Source: an uncultured Verrucomicrobiae bacterium (GTDB lineage: Bacteria; Chlamydiota; Chlamydiia; Chlamydiales; Rhabdochlamydiaceae). Taken from it: DNA of 64,000 bases. The stretch lies in assembly GCA_963718565.1 (NCBI GenBank), contig OY970364.1:1-64000 (forward strand), read 5' to 3'. Below are positions 45,823 to 54,226 of the stretch, piece by piece. Under the pieces are notes generated by a model. The model made no database searches, was not told the origin of the DNA, and worked only from the letters and a program-made list of their open reading frames with translations. Position 1 is the stretch's first letter. Each line of letters starts with the position of its first letter. Made by a program: the position numbers and the translations under genes.

Positions 45823-46705
45823 TGAGGCGCTTTTCGCTATGAGAATAGAGTTCTGGATGATATTTTCGTAAGAAGCGAGATAAGCGTTGTGTTTTGTTGA
45901 TGATTTCTTTTTTATAATTGCTGGGATTTTTTACTGTCTCATCGTAATCAAAGGAGCTTAAGTCTAACGTGACGGCTTTCTCATCTATAAACCCAAAGTT
46001 ATTTCTTAAGGAATGGTCGTAATCGCGGAGGCCTTGTTTACAAAGGGTGAGAAGGCAATTGAGAAAATCGTCAATACATTGTTTAGCTTCGTCCATTTTC
46101 TTTTGTTTTGATAGGTATTGCAGATGCGGAAAGAGAAGATCAGCCCTTTTTTGAACCACGAATTCCGTTTTGTCCAAGTCAATGGTATGGTGGATGCCAA
46201 TATTGTCGATCAAGGTCACGGGCTTATGTTTGCCTTGCGTCTTGTTTAAATGGACATAGAGAATTCCTGACCGCTCTTTTGCTTGGGTATAGAGCAGCAT
46301 ACAGCTTTTAAAATTGAATTCTTGAAAATAAGGAACATTTTGAGGCCAAGGGTCGCTCTGGAGAAAGAGTTTTTTAAATGAAAATTTCTTAAAGAAGGAA
46401 GAGAGAAGGAGATGCGAGTGCTTATAGAATTTGAGAACAGTGTGTTGATCTTCTCCCAAAAAGGCAAAGCACCAACCTCCAGATCCTAAAAAAGTAAAGG
46501 ATTGGCCGAGAAGTTTGTCGATATTTTTTTGTTCTTCATCAGTCAGTGGGGGCGCTTCCCAACGCGGTTCATTGGGAAGATTGGATAGGATTAGATAGGG
46601 GCGGAATCCATGCGTTTGCTTTAGACAAAACAAATAGAGACCTGTAAATAAGGTTGACAATATTAAAAAATAAAAAGAGATGCGCACTGTTTTTTTGAGG
46701 ACCAT
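45788..46705 (-). CDS. Membrane-anchored protein-kinase-like hypothetical protein (paralogue of the adjacent gene)
   Basis: N-terminal TM; FLGSGGWCFAF...TVLKF, DYDHSLRNNFG, VTLDLS; shares LHxNxx..KxVxLxD and F.xQxxADL motifs with its neighbour. Confidence 0.6.
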   Translation of the reverse strand: MVLKKTVRISFYFLILSTLFTGLYLFCLKQTHGFRPYLILSNLPNEPRWEAPPLTDEEQKNIDKLLGQSFTFLGSGGWCFAFLGEDQHTVLKFYKHSHLLLSSFFKKFSFKKLFLQSDPWPQNVPYFQEFNFKSCMLLYTQAKERSGILYVHLNKTQGKHKPVTLIDNIGIHHTIDLDKTEFVVQKRADLLFPHLQYLSKQKKMDEAKQCIDDFLNCLLTLCKQGLRDYDHSLRNNFGFIDEKAVTLDLSSFDYDETVKNPSNYKKEIINKTQRLSRFLRKYHPELYSHSEKRLNEIMEIDALEE

Positions 46706-47828
46706 ATACTCTAGAAAATTGAAGTCTGGAGAGGATTGAGTTCAATTGTTTGGAAATTGTCGTTAATTCGCTTTTTCAGCATGTCTTTTAAATTAATAAC
46801 GCCAGTGTTGAAAAAATCTCTAATTTTCTCAGTAAATTCATTGAATTTTGAATACAGTGTATTATAAGTAACACACTCTCTCATAACTTTCCATAAACGC
46901 TCAATAGCATTCAAATTTGGGGAATACGGAGGTAAGTAGTGTATTTGAATTTTGGTTTGGCTATCCAAATATTTTTGCACTTCCTTATTCTTGTTTGATC
47001 TGCCGTTGTCTAAGATTAAGTGGATTTTTTTTGCATCTGTATTAGCCGCTAACGTTTGGAGAAAATCGACCGCACTTGCAGCATCCACAGTGCTATATTC
47101 CTTCGTCACGACTTGCATTGCAGTCAATTCAATGGCACCAATAAAATGCAATCGCTCTTGCTTAGCGGTTGTTCCTAATGTCTTTATTTCGTTTTTTAGG
47201 ATCCACCCAGCCACAGACTGGCTCTGATACTCAGGGTGTACAGCATCTCCAAAGAAAATTTTCTCGCCTTCTTGGAGACCGGCTTTCAATTCATTGTATT
47301 TTTTAAGGAACGCAGCTTGTTTTTCGGGATCGAGCTTTCCTGGTACTTTGATTGGATGTTTATAAACAAATCCATGCCTCTTCAACCAATTTGTCATACC
47401 AGCCACAGTGTATTTCACTTGATATGCGTCTAGAACGTAGAGACAAATTTTGCTCATTTTGAGATACGTTATTTGACTCAAATGTCTCCTCAGCGCATCT
47501 TCTTGGTCTAGGGTTAACTTGGAGGCCTTTCCCAAATGTGGATCATTGATAGTTTTTTGCTTGGCATCGTATTCTCTTTGATAATCATAAACGGACGACT
47601 CGCTAATTCTTAAAATCGCCGCTATTTCCCCTGGACTGTGGCAATCATCCCTACCTAAAATGACGCATACACGGTTCCGTTCGTTGACATCTCTTGTTTT
47701 TTTTACAAGCTGTTCTAAATATAAACGCTGCTCATTGGACAACTTTTGCATAGAAGCATTATCCACTATCGCTGAAATATTTTTTAGGGAAATTTAAAAT
47801 TTTACAGAATCCAATCATGAATAGTATA
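46705..47828 (-). mobile_element. IS630-family insertion sequence, apparently intact
   Basis: Imperfect TIRs TATACTCTAGAAAATTGAAGTCTG / CAGAATCCAATCATGAATAGTATA with TA at each end. Confidence 0.88.
46711..47766 (-). CDS. IS630 DDE transposase
   Basis: FFGDAVHP, LILDNG, YLPPYSPNLNAIERLWK; N-terminal HTH. Confidence 0.93.
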   Translation of the reverse strand: MDNASMQKLSNEQRLYLEQLVKKTRDVNERNRVCVILGRDDCHSPGEIAAILRISESSVYDYQREYDAKQKTINDPHLGKASKLTLDQEDALRRHLSQITYLKMSKICLYVLDAYQVKYTVAGMTNWLKRHGFVYKHPIKVPGKLDPEKQAAFLKKYNELKAGLQEGEKIFFGDAVHPEYQSQSVAGWILKNEIKTLGTTAKQERLHFIGAIELTAMQVVTKEYSTVDAASAVDFLQTLAANTDAKKIHLILDNGRSNKNKEVQKYLDSQTKIQIHYLPPYSPNLNAIERLWKVMRECVTYNTLYSKFNEFTEKIRDFFNTGVINLKDMLKKRINDNFQTIELNPLQTSIF

Positions 47829-47845
47829 TACTGCAACCATTATTT

Positions 47846-48379
47846 CTAATTGCGTGGGGTTTTGTCTTTGAGGAGATGTGCTTCGGGTAATTCGAGAGTG
47901 AGGAAGCGGCGCTTGCGGTCCTGGCCCATTCCAAGGGAGAGGAACAAGGCTTTGCCTTGAATCTTGAAACCTTTTTCTGGTTCATCGTAAAAAAGAGAAA
48001 ACCAGTCCCGTTTCCAGGCCCGAAATTTGGGCCAACCCATCTGTTTGCCTTTCCGTTTTCCTTTTTTTGATTTTTGATGAACCCGGATTGCTTCACTAAG
48101 TCTCAAAGCGGTATTTTTTAATGGAGAAGAGTGGACGACTTTTAGAAAGGGGTGCTCTTCCTTGAGTTTTGGAAGTTCATTTCTGAGTCCTCTTTCTGTA
48201 TAGAGGGTCTTTGATGCCTCCGGGTTGCCGGAATGGATAAATTCCCGCTTGAGTTCCAGGCTTTTTTCTAGCAGATGATTATAAAGCCAATTACAGATCC
48301 GCGATTGCCCATCGAGCTCAGAAATTGTTTGAGGGTCTGCTTCAATTCTCAGCTTAAGAACCAGATTCTCTTTAGACAT
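47846..48379 (-). pseudogene. tnpB: Truncated TnpB (HTH and N-terminal part only, no RuvC)
   Basis: CNWLYNHLL, LPKLKEEHPFLKVVHSSPLKN, GWPKFR; stops after about 177 aa. Confidence 0.85.
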
Positions 48380-48992
48380 TGGCGACCGCATTTTGAAGGT
48401 TGGCCAAAAGCTGTTTGTTCTTATGGCTTCTTGAACCATATAGCCTTGCAGAAAAGACGGTAATGATTTCCAAAACGTCTTTGGCAAGTTCCTCCTCGAA
48501 GGAAGGTTCGTCTCCCTGGTTGGTAATCACCACTTCGACATTTTTGACTGCGCAAAGAGAGAAGACAAGCTCTGCTCCGAATCGCAAAAGGCGGTCTTTA
48601 TGCGTGAGAACCAGGCGGCCAATCTCTCCGTTCATAATTTGCTCAAGCAGTTGTTTTAGCCCACGTTTATTATAGTTCATCCCGGAACCGAGGTCTTTGG
48701 TTACTGAAAACACCCATCCTTTTGCAGAGCAGTAAATTTCTAACATATGGACTTGTCGTTGTAAATCTTCTTTTTGATCATGACTCGAAACTCTTGCGTA
48801 GGCAACAGTTAGACGATCAGAGGTTTTATCTCCGCAATTAAATGGCTGTAACTGAGTGAGACTATAGCGGCGTTGGCCGCCCTGTGTGCGATGACAGGGA
48901 ACGATTTTCTTTTGTCTTTCCCATCGGCGGAGTGTTTGTGGAGACACTCCCAAACATTTTGCTGCTTCCTGAATGCTTAAAAACTTGTTCAT
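48372..48992 (-). CDS. tnpA: IS607 serine recombinase transposase TnpA
   Basis: MerR-like HTH (EAAKCLGVSPQTLRRW) before YARVSSHDQKEDL, DLGSGMN, HKDRLLRFG, VFSARLYG. Confidence 0.95.
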   Translation of the reverse strand: MNKFLSIQEAAKCLGVSPQTLRRWERQKKIVPCHRTQGGQRRYSLTQLQPFNCGDKTSDRLTVAYARVSSHDQKEDLQRQVHMLEIYCSAKGWVFSVTKDLGSGMNYNKRGLKQLLEQIMNGEIGRLVLTHKDRLLRFGAELVFSLCAVKNVEVVITNQGDEPSFEEELAKDVLEIITVFSARLYGSRSHKNKQLLANLQNAVANV

Positions 48993-49073
48993 TCTGATAA
49001 TATATAATCAGGTTTGAATAAGTTCAAGGGATTCTGTTACAAGCCCCAGTCCAAAAATGCGAATTTATAACTT

Positions 49074-49514
49074 CTAAGAGGAGGGCTTGCTTGGTCGTGC
49101 CTTAACGCTGACACCGGAATTAAGATTCACAATCGAGCAAGGATAATCTGGATCTCCGCTAGGGATAATTTTAACAGGAAAAGGAGTGATCCAAATCGCG
49201 GATGTCGGCACATCGCTAGGAGCTATTTCCCAAAGAGAATTGTCCGAAAGTTCGATCTTCTGACCGTTATCAATATTAATGGAAAGGGAGAGTTCAGACT
49301 GCTGGGGTGGTGGCGCTTCTTCTTTAGACTTCAGAACGAAATTCTGATTCAGCCAAGCCTCTAAAGCCGTCTTTTGAGTTCTAGATAAAGTCGCTACCCC
49401 TGTCTTTTTTTGTTCGTCTCGTGACATCACTTCATCGAGGATGATTTGGGCTTGAAGCTGTGACAAAGTCATCACAAACATCGTCAAGAGGAGAGGAAAT
49501 GTTGTATACTGCAT
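49074..49514 (-). CDS. Hypothetical exported protein
   Basis: Signal-peptide-like start MQYTTFPLLLTMFVMTLSQLQA; the longer called start runs into the upstream terminator. Confidence 0.65.
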   Translation of the reverse strand: MQYTTFPLLLTMFVMTLSQLQAQIILDEVMSRDEQKKTGVATLSRTQKTALEAWLNQNFVLKSKEEAPPPQQSELSLSINIDNGQKIELSDNSLWEIAPSDVPTSAIWITPFPVKIIPSGDPDYPCSIVNLNSGVSVKARPSKPSS

Positions 49515-49526
49515 AGCTTTCTCCAG

Positions 49527-49557
49527 AAAAAAACCGCTCACGAGTGTGTGAGCGGTC
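49527..49557 (-). terminator. Intrinsic terminator of porin copy 1
   Basis: ACCGCTCAC/GTGAGCGGT stem followed by T8 on the minus strand. Confidence 0.8.
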
Positions 49558-49581
49558 ATATTCTAAGGGGCTTAAGTAGAG

Positions 49582-50790
49582 TTAGAACGCGAATTCAGCT
49601 CTAAGAGTGAAACCTTGGAAAGAGAGGTTTCCAGGGGCATTGTTATTCATCAAGAAGAAGAAATTGTTCTGATTGAACCAGATTTGATCTTCCCAGCCAG
49701 CGGCAAGTGAAAACATATAAGCGTCATCGCAGAATGCCCACTCGAAGAAGAGGCCAAGCCCGACTTCGAGGACAGCTGTGACATCAAAGATCTTATCTTT
49801 GGTGTTTTCGCTGTTGAACTCTGTGGCCGCAGACGTATTGATTTCTACTTCACGACGTTCATGGAAACGGTTCCACAATGTTGTTACTGCAAAGTCGCCA
49901 TAGCCGCCGAGCCATTTGCAGAAATACCATTGAGTGTCCATACCAGCGCGGAGTCCAACGCCAAATTCCCTTTGTTTGAAGTCGAGTTTGACATTTGATC
50001 CAAGCGGGATCGTAGAAGTTGAAGACGGAACGTCACTTTGATCTCCTATGAATAGGATGTCATCGTATTTGACTTTATACTTCTGGTGCTGCCATGAGAA
50101 TTTCAAGCCGCCAAAAGGTCTCAAAGTCAGAAATTTACTGATGTAAAAATCACGTCCGAGTTCGAGATCGAGGACATTGAAACTGTTCAATCTCCAGTTG
50201 GCCCCCTCTGCACCCATCAGTACAGCTTCTGGGCATGCCGCTGTCGAAAGCCAATAGTCAGACTTAGTAGTGACAGTCTCAACGACGCAGCAATCTTCTT
50301 CTTCTTCATTACTTTCTGCTTTAGAGCGCAGCCATGTGTATTGAGCGTATAAGTCCCAACCGTCATGAGAAAATTTATTGCCGAGGCCGATCTTAAAACC
50401 AGACTCCCATTTAAACTTAGGGCGGAGCACTTCGCCTGAGGTTGCGCTAGCAGGGTTTACTGCTGTGGGAGCATTGGGGACCCCATCATAGGCATAAGCA
50501 AGACCTTCTTCATAAGCTTTCCAGTAGATGTAATCTGCTGTGATGAAAGGATTGAACGATCCATCTGGCTTAGGATTAGCTACAGGAGTGATTTGGTTGT
50601 CACGCCATCTTTGCTCGAACTGCTTTTGGGATTCTGTCTTCTTTTTTTGATTCATCTGATTCTGATTAGACATTTGAGAATTATTGTTTCCATTCCCACT
50701 ACCTTGGCTAATCATGTTATCCACGTCTGCGCAAAGAGGCGCTATTGCTGCGCAGAGCAATGGAATCGTTGTTAGAGAAAATTGCTTCAT
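49582..50790 (-). CDS. MOMP-like / Legionella OMP (Lpg1974-type) outer-membrane beta-barrel porin, copy 1
   Basis: Signal peptide; ADYIYWKA, WESGFKIGLG, DGWDLYAQYTW, LDLELGR, LRPFGGL, AGWEDQIW, C-terminal LRAEFAF. Confidence 0.85.
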   Translation of the reverse strand: MKQFSLTTIPLLCAAIAPLCADVDNMISQGSGNGNNNSQMSNQNQMNQKKKTESQKQFEQRWRDNQITPVANPKPDGSFNPFITADYIYWKAYEEGLAYAYDGVPNAPTAVNPASATSGEVLRPKFKWESGFKIGLGNKFSHDGWDLYAQYTWLRSKAESNEEEEDCCVVETVTTKSDYWLSTAACPEAVLMGAEGANWRLNSFNVLDLELGRDFYISKFLTLRPFGGLKFSWQHQKYKVKYDDILFIGDQSDVPSSTSTIPLGSNVKLDFKQREFGVGLRAGMDTQWYFCKWLGGYGDFAVTTLWNRFHERREVEINTSAATEFNSENTKDKIFDVTAVLEVGLGLFFEWAFCDDAYMFSLAAGWEDQIWFNQNNFFFLMNNNAPGNLSFQGFTLRAEFAF

Positions 50791-50877
50791 TTCATACCCC
50801 TTGGTTGGATGCCATACACGGCATATTAAAGTGTATAAGTCTTTGGATGAATTTTTTCAAAATGATTTTTTTATAAA

Positions 50878-50928
50878 GAGGGAATTGTAAAACTCCTCGC
50901 CAGCAGAAAATCGATGATTTTGGCACCT
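50878..50928 (+). mobile_element. MITE family A left-end fragment
   Basis: GAGGGAATTGTAAAACTCCTCGCCAGCAGAAAATCGATGATTTTGGCACCT, cut by a family C end. Confidence 0.8.
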
Positions 50929-51080
50929 ATACTGCGCCCAGTCTAAAAATGTGAATTTATGGGGCCATTATAACAGCCCATCTTTGAACGATCGCTCTCT
51001 CCCTTTGCGTCTCTGCGGCTTGGCGTCTTTGCGTTTTCGTCTTTCTGCACTACAATATGGGAGAAAACGCAGAGACGCAA
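50928..51080. repeat. Family C end followed by GCGTCTCTGCG-type palindromic repeats
   Basis: TATACTGCGCCCAGTCTAAAAATGTGAATTTAT, then GCGTCTTTGCGTTTTC...GAAAACGCAGAGACGC inverted pair. Confidence 0.65.
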
Positions 51081-51092
51081 TTGTGCAAAAAC

Positions 51093-51122
51093 AAAAAAAC
51101 CGCTCACGAATGTGTGAGCGGT
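51093..51122 (-). terminator. Intrinsic terminator of porin copy 2
   Basis: Same hairpin and T-tract as 49527-49557. Confidence 0.8.
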
Positions 51123-51147
51123 CATATTCTAAGGGGCTTAAGTAGAG

Positions 51148-52359
51148 TTAGAACGCGAATTCAGCTCTAAGAGTGAAACCTTGGAAAGAGAGGTTTCCAG
51201 GGGCATTGTTATTCATCAAGAAGAAGAAATTGTTCTGATTGAACCAGATTTGATCTTCCCAGCCAGCGGCAAGTGAAAACATATAGGCGTCATCGCAGAA
51301 TGCCCACTCGAAGAAGAGGCCAAGCCCGACTTCGAGGACAGCTGTGACATCAAAGATTTTATCTTTGGTGTTTTCGCTGTTGAACTCTGTGGCCGCAGAC
51401 GTATTGATTTCTACTTCACGACGTTCATGGAAACGGTTCCACAATGTTGTTACTGCAAAGTCGCCATAGCCGCCGAGCCATTTGCAGAAATACCATTGAG
51501 TGTCCATACCAGCGCGGAGCCCAACGCCAAATTCTCTTTGTTTGAAGTCGAGTTTGACATTTGATCCGAGCGGGATTGTAGAAGTTGAAGACGGAACGTC
51601 ACTTTGATCTCCTATGAACAGGATGTCGTTGTATTTGACTTTATACTTCTGGTGCTGCCATGAGAATTTCAAGCCGCCAAAAGGTCTCAAAGTCAGAAAT
51701 TTACTGATGTAAAAATCACGTCCGAGTTCGAGATCGAGGACATTGAAACTGTTCAATCTCCAGTTGGCCCCCTCTGCACCCATTAGTACAGCTTCTGGGC
51801 ATGCCGCCGTCGAAAGCCAATAGTCAGATTTAGTAGTGACAGTCTCAACGACGCAGCAATCTTCTTCTTCTTCATTACTTTCTGCTTTAGAGCGCAGCCA
51901 TGTGTATTGAGCGTATAAGTCCCAACCATCATGAGAAAATTTATTGCCGAGGCCGATCTTAAAACCAGACTCCCATTTAAACTTAGGGCGGAGCACTTCG
52001 CCTGAAGTTGCGCTAGCAGGGTTTACTGCTGTGGGAGCATTGGGAACTCCATCATAGGCATAAGCAAGACCTTCTTCATAAGCTTTCCAGTAGATGTAAT
52101 CTGCTGTGATGAAAGGATTGAACGATCCATCTGGCTTAGGATTAGCTACAGGAGTGATTTGGTTGTCACGCCATCTTTGCTCGAATTGTTTTTGCGATTC
52201 TGTCTTCTTTTTTTGATTCATCTGATTCTGATTAGACATTTGAGAATTATTGCTTCCATTCCCATTACCTTGGCTAATCATGTTATCCACGTTGTCTGCG
52301 CAAAGAGGCGCTATCGCCGCGCAGAGCAATGGGATCGTTGATAGAGAAAATTGCTTCAT
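51148..52359 (-). CDS. MOMP-like / Legionella OMP porin, copy 2
   Basis: Differs from copy 1 by four substitutions and one inserted residue. Confidence 0.85.
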   Translation of the reverse strand: MKQFSLSTIPLLCAAIAPLCADNVDNMISQGNGNGSNNSQMSNQNQMNQKKKTESQKQFEQRWRDNQITPVANPKPDGSFNPFITADYIYWKAYEEGLAYAYDGVPNAPTAVNPASATSGEVLRPKFKWESGFKIGLGNKFSHDGWDLYAQYTWLRSKAESNEEEEDCCVVETVTTKSDYWLSTAACPEAVLMGAEGANWRLNSFNVLDLELGRDFYISKFLTLRPFGGLKFSWQHQKYKVKYNDILFIGDQSDVPSSTSTIPLGSNVKLDFKQREFGVGLRAGMDTQWYFCKWLGGYGDFAVTTLWNRFHERREVEINTSAATEFNSENTKDKIFDVTAVLEVGLGLFFEWAFCDDAYMFSLAAGWEDQIWFNQNNFFFLMNNNAPGNLSFQGFTLRAEFAF

Positions 52360-52439
52360 ACGTCTCTCCGTATTTTAGGTTCTCATACTTCGCATGGTAA
52401 AGAAATAAGAATAAATTGCAAACGAATATTTAAAATATC

Positions 52440-54031
52440 TCAAGGCTCGGGACAACTTCTACGTAAGCTTTCTCGAACTGAGCGGAGTGCTTTGGGCTGA
52501 TGTCCTCGTATAAATGCGAGAGATTCCGTTTGTTTTAGGTAGCTCCATGCTTGATTATAATCGAGACGTTCTAAGCATAAAACTGCGAGATAATATTCAA
52601 CAATGCAATTGTGCGGATCGAGCTTATGATAATCTTCTAGAATCTCCTTGGCCTCAGTTGTACGCCCGAGTTGAAGCCATGTCGTGGCAAGGTGGAGCTT
52701 CCCTGCGCGAAAATGGGGGTATTTCTTGAGGATTTGTTCGAGCTCTTTTTGCTTTTTTACAATGGATTCTCGCGTTTCATCCACGGGTAAAAAGACAGCT
52801 TTGAGCCCTTCGACATCAATTTTACTGCTCAGATAATCATCGGGAATGGACTCTGGAGAAACCGACTCGTCAAAAGTCATATGGCGGATTTCTCTGAGGA
52901 GTTTAATGGCATCGCTATTTCTACCGACGAAGAGATAATTGACAGCCATGAACATTTTGAGTAGTGGATCTGTGGGTAGAAAAGGAAAGGCTTTTTCATA
53001 GAGAGAGACTGTTTTAGCATAATCTTGTTTTGCCCAAAATACCGACGCTTGGTTGATGAAGGCCATGCCGATCACTTCCTTTAGATTGCGCTGTTGCAGG
53101 CGGCGAGTGTTAATTCCTAAATAGACTTCAGAAGGCAAATCAATTCCTCTAGCGGTTGTTTCAATGTTGATGATCTTACTGCCATTACTATAACGCACGT
53201 AGATGTGACCTGGGGGAGTGATGATTTCTAAAGGAAGATCTAGTCGCTGCGCGAGAGCCAAATAAAGGATGGATACGCCCAAGCATACACCCTGTCGGTT
53301 ATCCAATACGGACGGAAGAAATGTGTAAAGATCGATGTCATTGGCATAAAGGGAATGGGGGGGAAGCGAAATTGCATTTCTTGAAAAATGAATCGGTTGA
53401 TTTCGCGAATTTTATCTTCATTGGAGGCATTCAAGAGGAGTCGTGTTGCGATCTGTAAGGCCATAAGATCGATGCTAGCCTCATATTGGAGTATTTCATT
53501 CTTGGCGTCTGGAGATTCGTCTAATTGGAAAACAAGTAATCCTCGTGCAATATCGACTTCTTCAGGAAGCAGCCTTAAGATCTCTTCTTTTGTCCAGACT
53601 TGATGCCCTTTGATTTTACGATTGGTTAAACGTTCGGAAATTTTTGCAATGAGTTCGAGCTGCTGCTTGTTTAATGGGACCCGGGATTCAAAAGATTGAC
53701 GGGTGATTAAGGATAGGATTGCCTGAATATCGACGACGGGGAGTGTTGTTGCAGAATCTTTGTCTGACATGGAAACTCCTCCGCTCAGCAGTGACCAAGC
53801 ACGTTTCAAAGAGGCTTTTCCTTCCTTAGTTTCTGGATAAAGCTCATAAAAGGCTAGATGTTGGGAGACGGAGTGGGGATCCAAGCTGTTAAATAAAGAT
53901 TTTATTGAAGACTCTGCATTCTGGGGAGGGACTTCCCTTTCTTCAATTTTTACGTGTTTTTTAGCCAAAAGTTCTGAAGTAGATGTTAGGAAAATGCCAA
54001 AAAAAAGCAGAAATCTAATCAAGTTACACAT
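52440..54031 (-). pseudogene. Transglutaminase-like (SirB1-type) plus TPR protein split by a 1-bp frameshift
   Basis: Adding one C to the C7 run (G7 at 53357-53363) gives FRFPPHSLYANDIDLYTFLPSVLDNRQGVCLGVSILY...PGHIYVR...IETT in one frame. Confidence 0.75.
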
Positions 54032-54067
54032 ACCTTAAGAACCTGAATAATGGACTTCTTTTATATT

Positions 54068-54098
54068 TTTACCACCCGCTTCGCAAGCGGGTGGTAAA
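54068..54098. repeat. 14-bp perfect hairpin inside a decayed larger inverted repeat (about 54033-54149)
   Basis: TTTACCACCCGCTT-CGC-AAGCGGGTGGTAAA; outer arms TGAATAATGG / CCATTATTCA. Confidence 0.65.
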
Positions 54099-54226
54099 TA
54101 AATTTATAAAAACGTGCCAATGTGGGAAAACCCATTATTCATGGTTAAGAATAATGCCTTGAAGATTTGATGAGAAGAGATTACCGGACCAAAAGGTATA
54201 CCGTCCCGGCATCAACGTGAGAAAGA

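Larger units (their letters stand above)
47837..49047 (-). mobile_element. IS607-family element with internal deletion of the tnpB 3' half
   Basis: tnpA-tnpB overlap; GG (CC on + strand) at both junctions; removing it restores a family C motif. Confidence 0.8.

Noticed and set aside
47846..48487. Functional compact RNA-guided TnpB/Cas12-like nuclease
   Set aside because: No RuvC motifs or zinc finger remain and the guide-scaffold region is deleted.
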